A DNA stretch of 64,000 nt, from the sequence record OM456492.1; one strand, given 5' to 3'. This document shows positions 63,430-64,000 of this stretch, one piece after another; positions within the stretch are counted from its first letter, which is position 1; each line of letters starts with the position of its first letter. Position numbers and translations under genes: made by a program. The notes under the pieces were generated by a model. That model saw only the letters and a list, made by a program, of their open reading frames with translations, had not been told where the DNA came from and did no database searches.

Positions 63430-64000
63430 CTACCTCCACGTCCCCATTGGCGTATATGACTTTCAACGCTTCCAATCCTTTCCGCAAGATTTCTCCTGCC
63501 GGGACGTTGTCGACGTTCAACAAGGCAAGGTTCTTTTCTAAATCACCGTAAGCCCCGTCAAACTCCGCATGAGGAATAATCGATAAACCTACCGCATACA
63601 TCGTCAACAAGTCAATTTCGCTAATGTCTTCTACGCGAAACTCTAACGACTGCTGCACCACCGTTAAGTCTGGCTCAGCAGGCAGATTCATAAAGACAAA
63701 CGCTGACGGGTTCTCAGGGAACAACCGCAAGTAAGTGACGATACGCTGTTGACGCTCATCGTCGCCGTTTCGTTTCTGGCTTTCCAACGACTCTGCTGCT
63801 AAGAAGTTCTCCATCACGGTAAGCACGCGTGGGCTGACAACGGTAATCAGGTCTTCGAAGTGCAGGTTTTCGTCACCGTAAACATAACGACACATGTTCT
63901 CCAGGATATACTCTGGCGTCTCACCAGAGGAGACAATCCCGTAAAGGGCGTCGCTGTCTTCGAACTCTTCGAAGGCTTCTAACACACCGTGAAGGATGCG
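63413..64000 (-). CDS. Probable virion protein, 5'-truncated by the window
   Basis: Frame is open to position 64000 (RILHGVLEAFEE...); AAES motif. Confidence 0.7.
   Translation of the reverse strand, partial: RILHGVLEAFEEFEDSDALYGIVSSGETPEYILENMCRYVYGDENLHFEDLITVVSPRVLTVMENFLAAESLESQKRNGDDERQQRIVTYLRLFPENPSAFVFMNLPAEPDLTVVQQSLEFRVEDISEIDLLTMYAVGLSIIPHAEFDGAYGDLEKNLALLNVDNVPAGEILRKGLEALKVIYANGDVEVDDEQD

Noticed and set aside
1-64000. tRNA, rRNA, CRISPR array, transposase or integrase
   Set aside because: No cloverleaf with TTC/CCA hallmarks, no regularly spaced repeat-spacer array and no recombinase motifs were found by eye; tRNAscan-SE and CRISPR finders were not run.

Overview
A 64-kb segment of a phiKZ-like (nucleus-forming, Chimalliviridae) jumbo phage genome. 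Gene order and protein sizes closely resemble the Salmonella phage SPN3US / Seoulvirus group; this is recalled from the literature, not from a search. Almost all genes are on the minus strand. Positions 1-18 kb are an accessory region of small hypothetical genes plus a Dam methyltransferase, four GNAT-fold genes, an XRE-type HTH gene, thymidylate kinase, a SLOG/DprA-like protein, a TYW3-like paralog pair and a degenerate prohead-protease paralog. Positions 18-64 kb are the conserved core: RuvC-like resolvase, baseplate and neck proteins, portal, non-virion RNAP beta-like subunit, major capsid protein, DnaB-like helicase, DHFR, inner-head/ejection proteins (including the gp53/gp54-type paralog pair and an HEXXH metalloprotease-like protein), one half of the split family-B DNA polymerase, and a virion RNAP beta'-like middle subunit. 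The non-coding DNA is highly organised. It contains a repeated early promoter + 5' hairpin + 27-nt leader cassette, a second promoter class, TATG late-type motifs, about 20 mostly cUUCGg intrinsic terminators, three head-to-head gene pairs with interlocked ribosome-binding sites, an iteron-like repeat array and a peptide/antisense-RNA candidate locus. No tRNA, rRNA, CRISPR array, intron/intein or transposase was recognised. Where a CDS start differs from the ORF track, it was moved to the start supported by a Shine-Dalgarno (SD) sequence.
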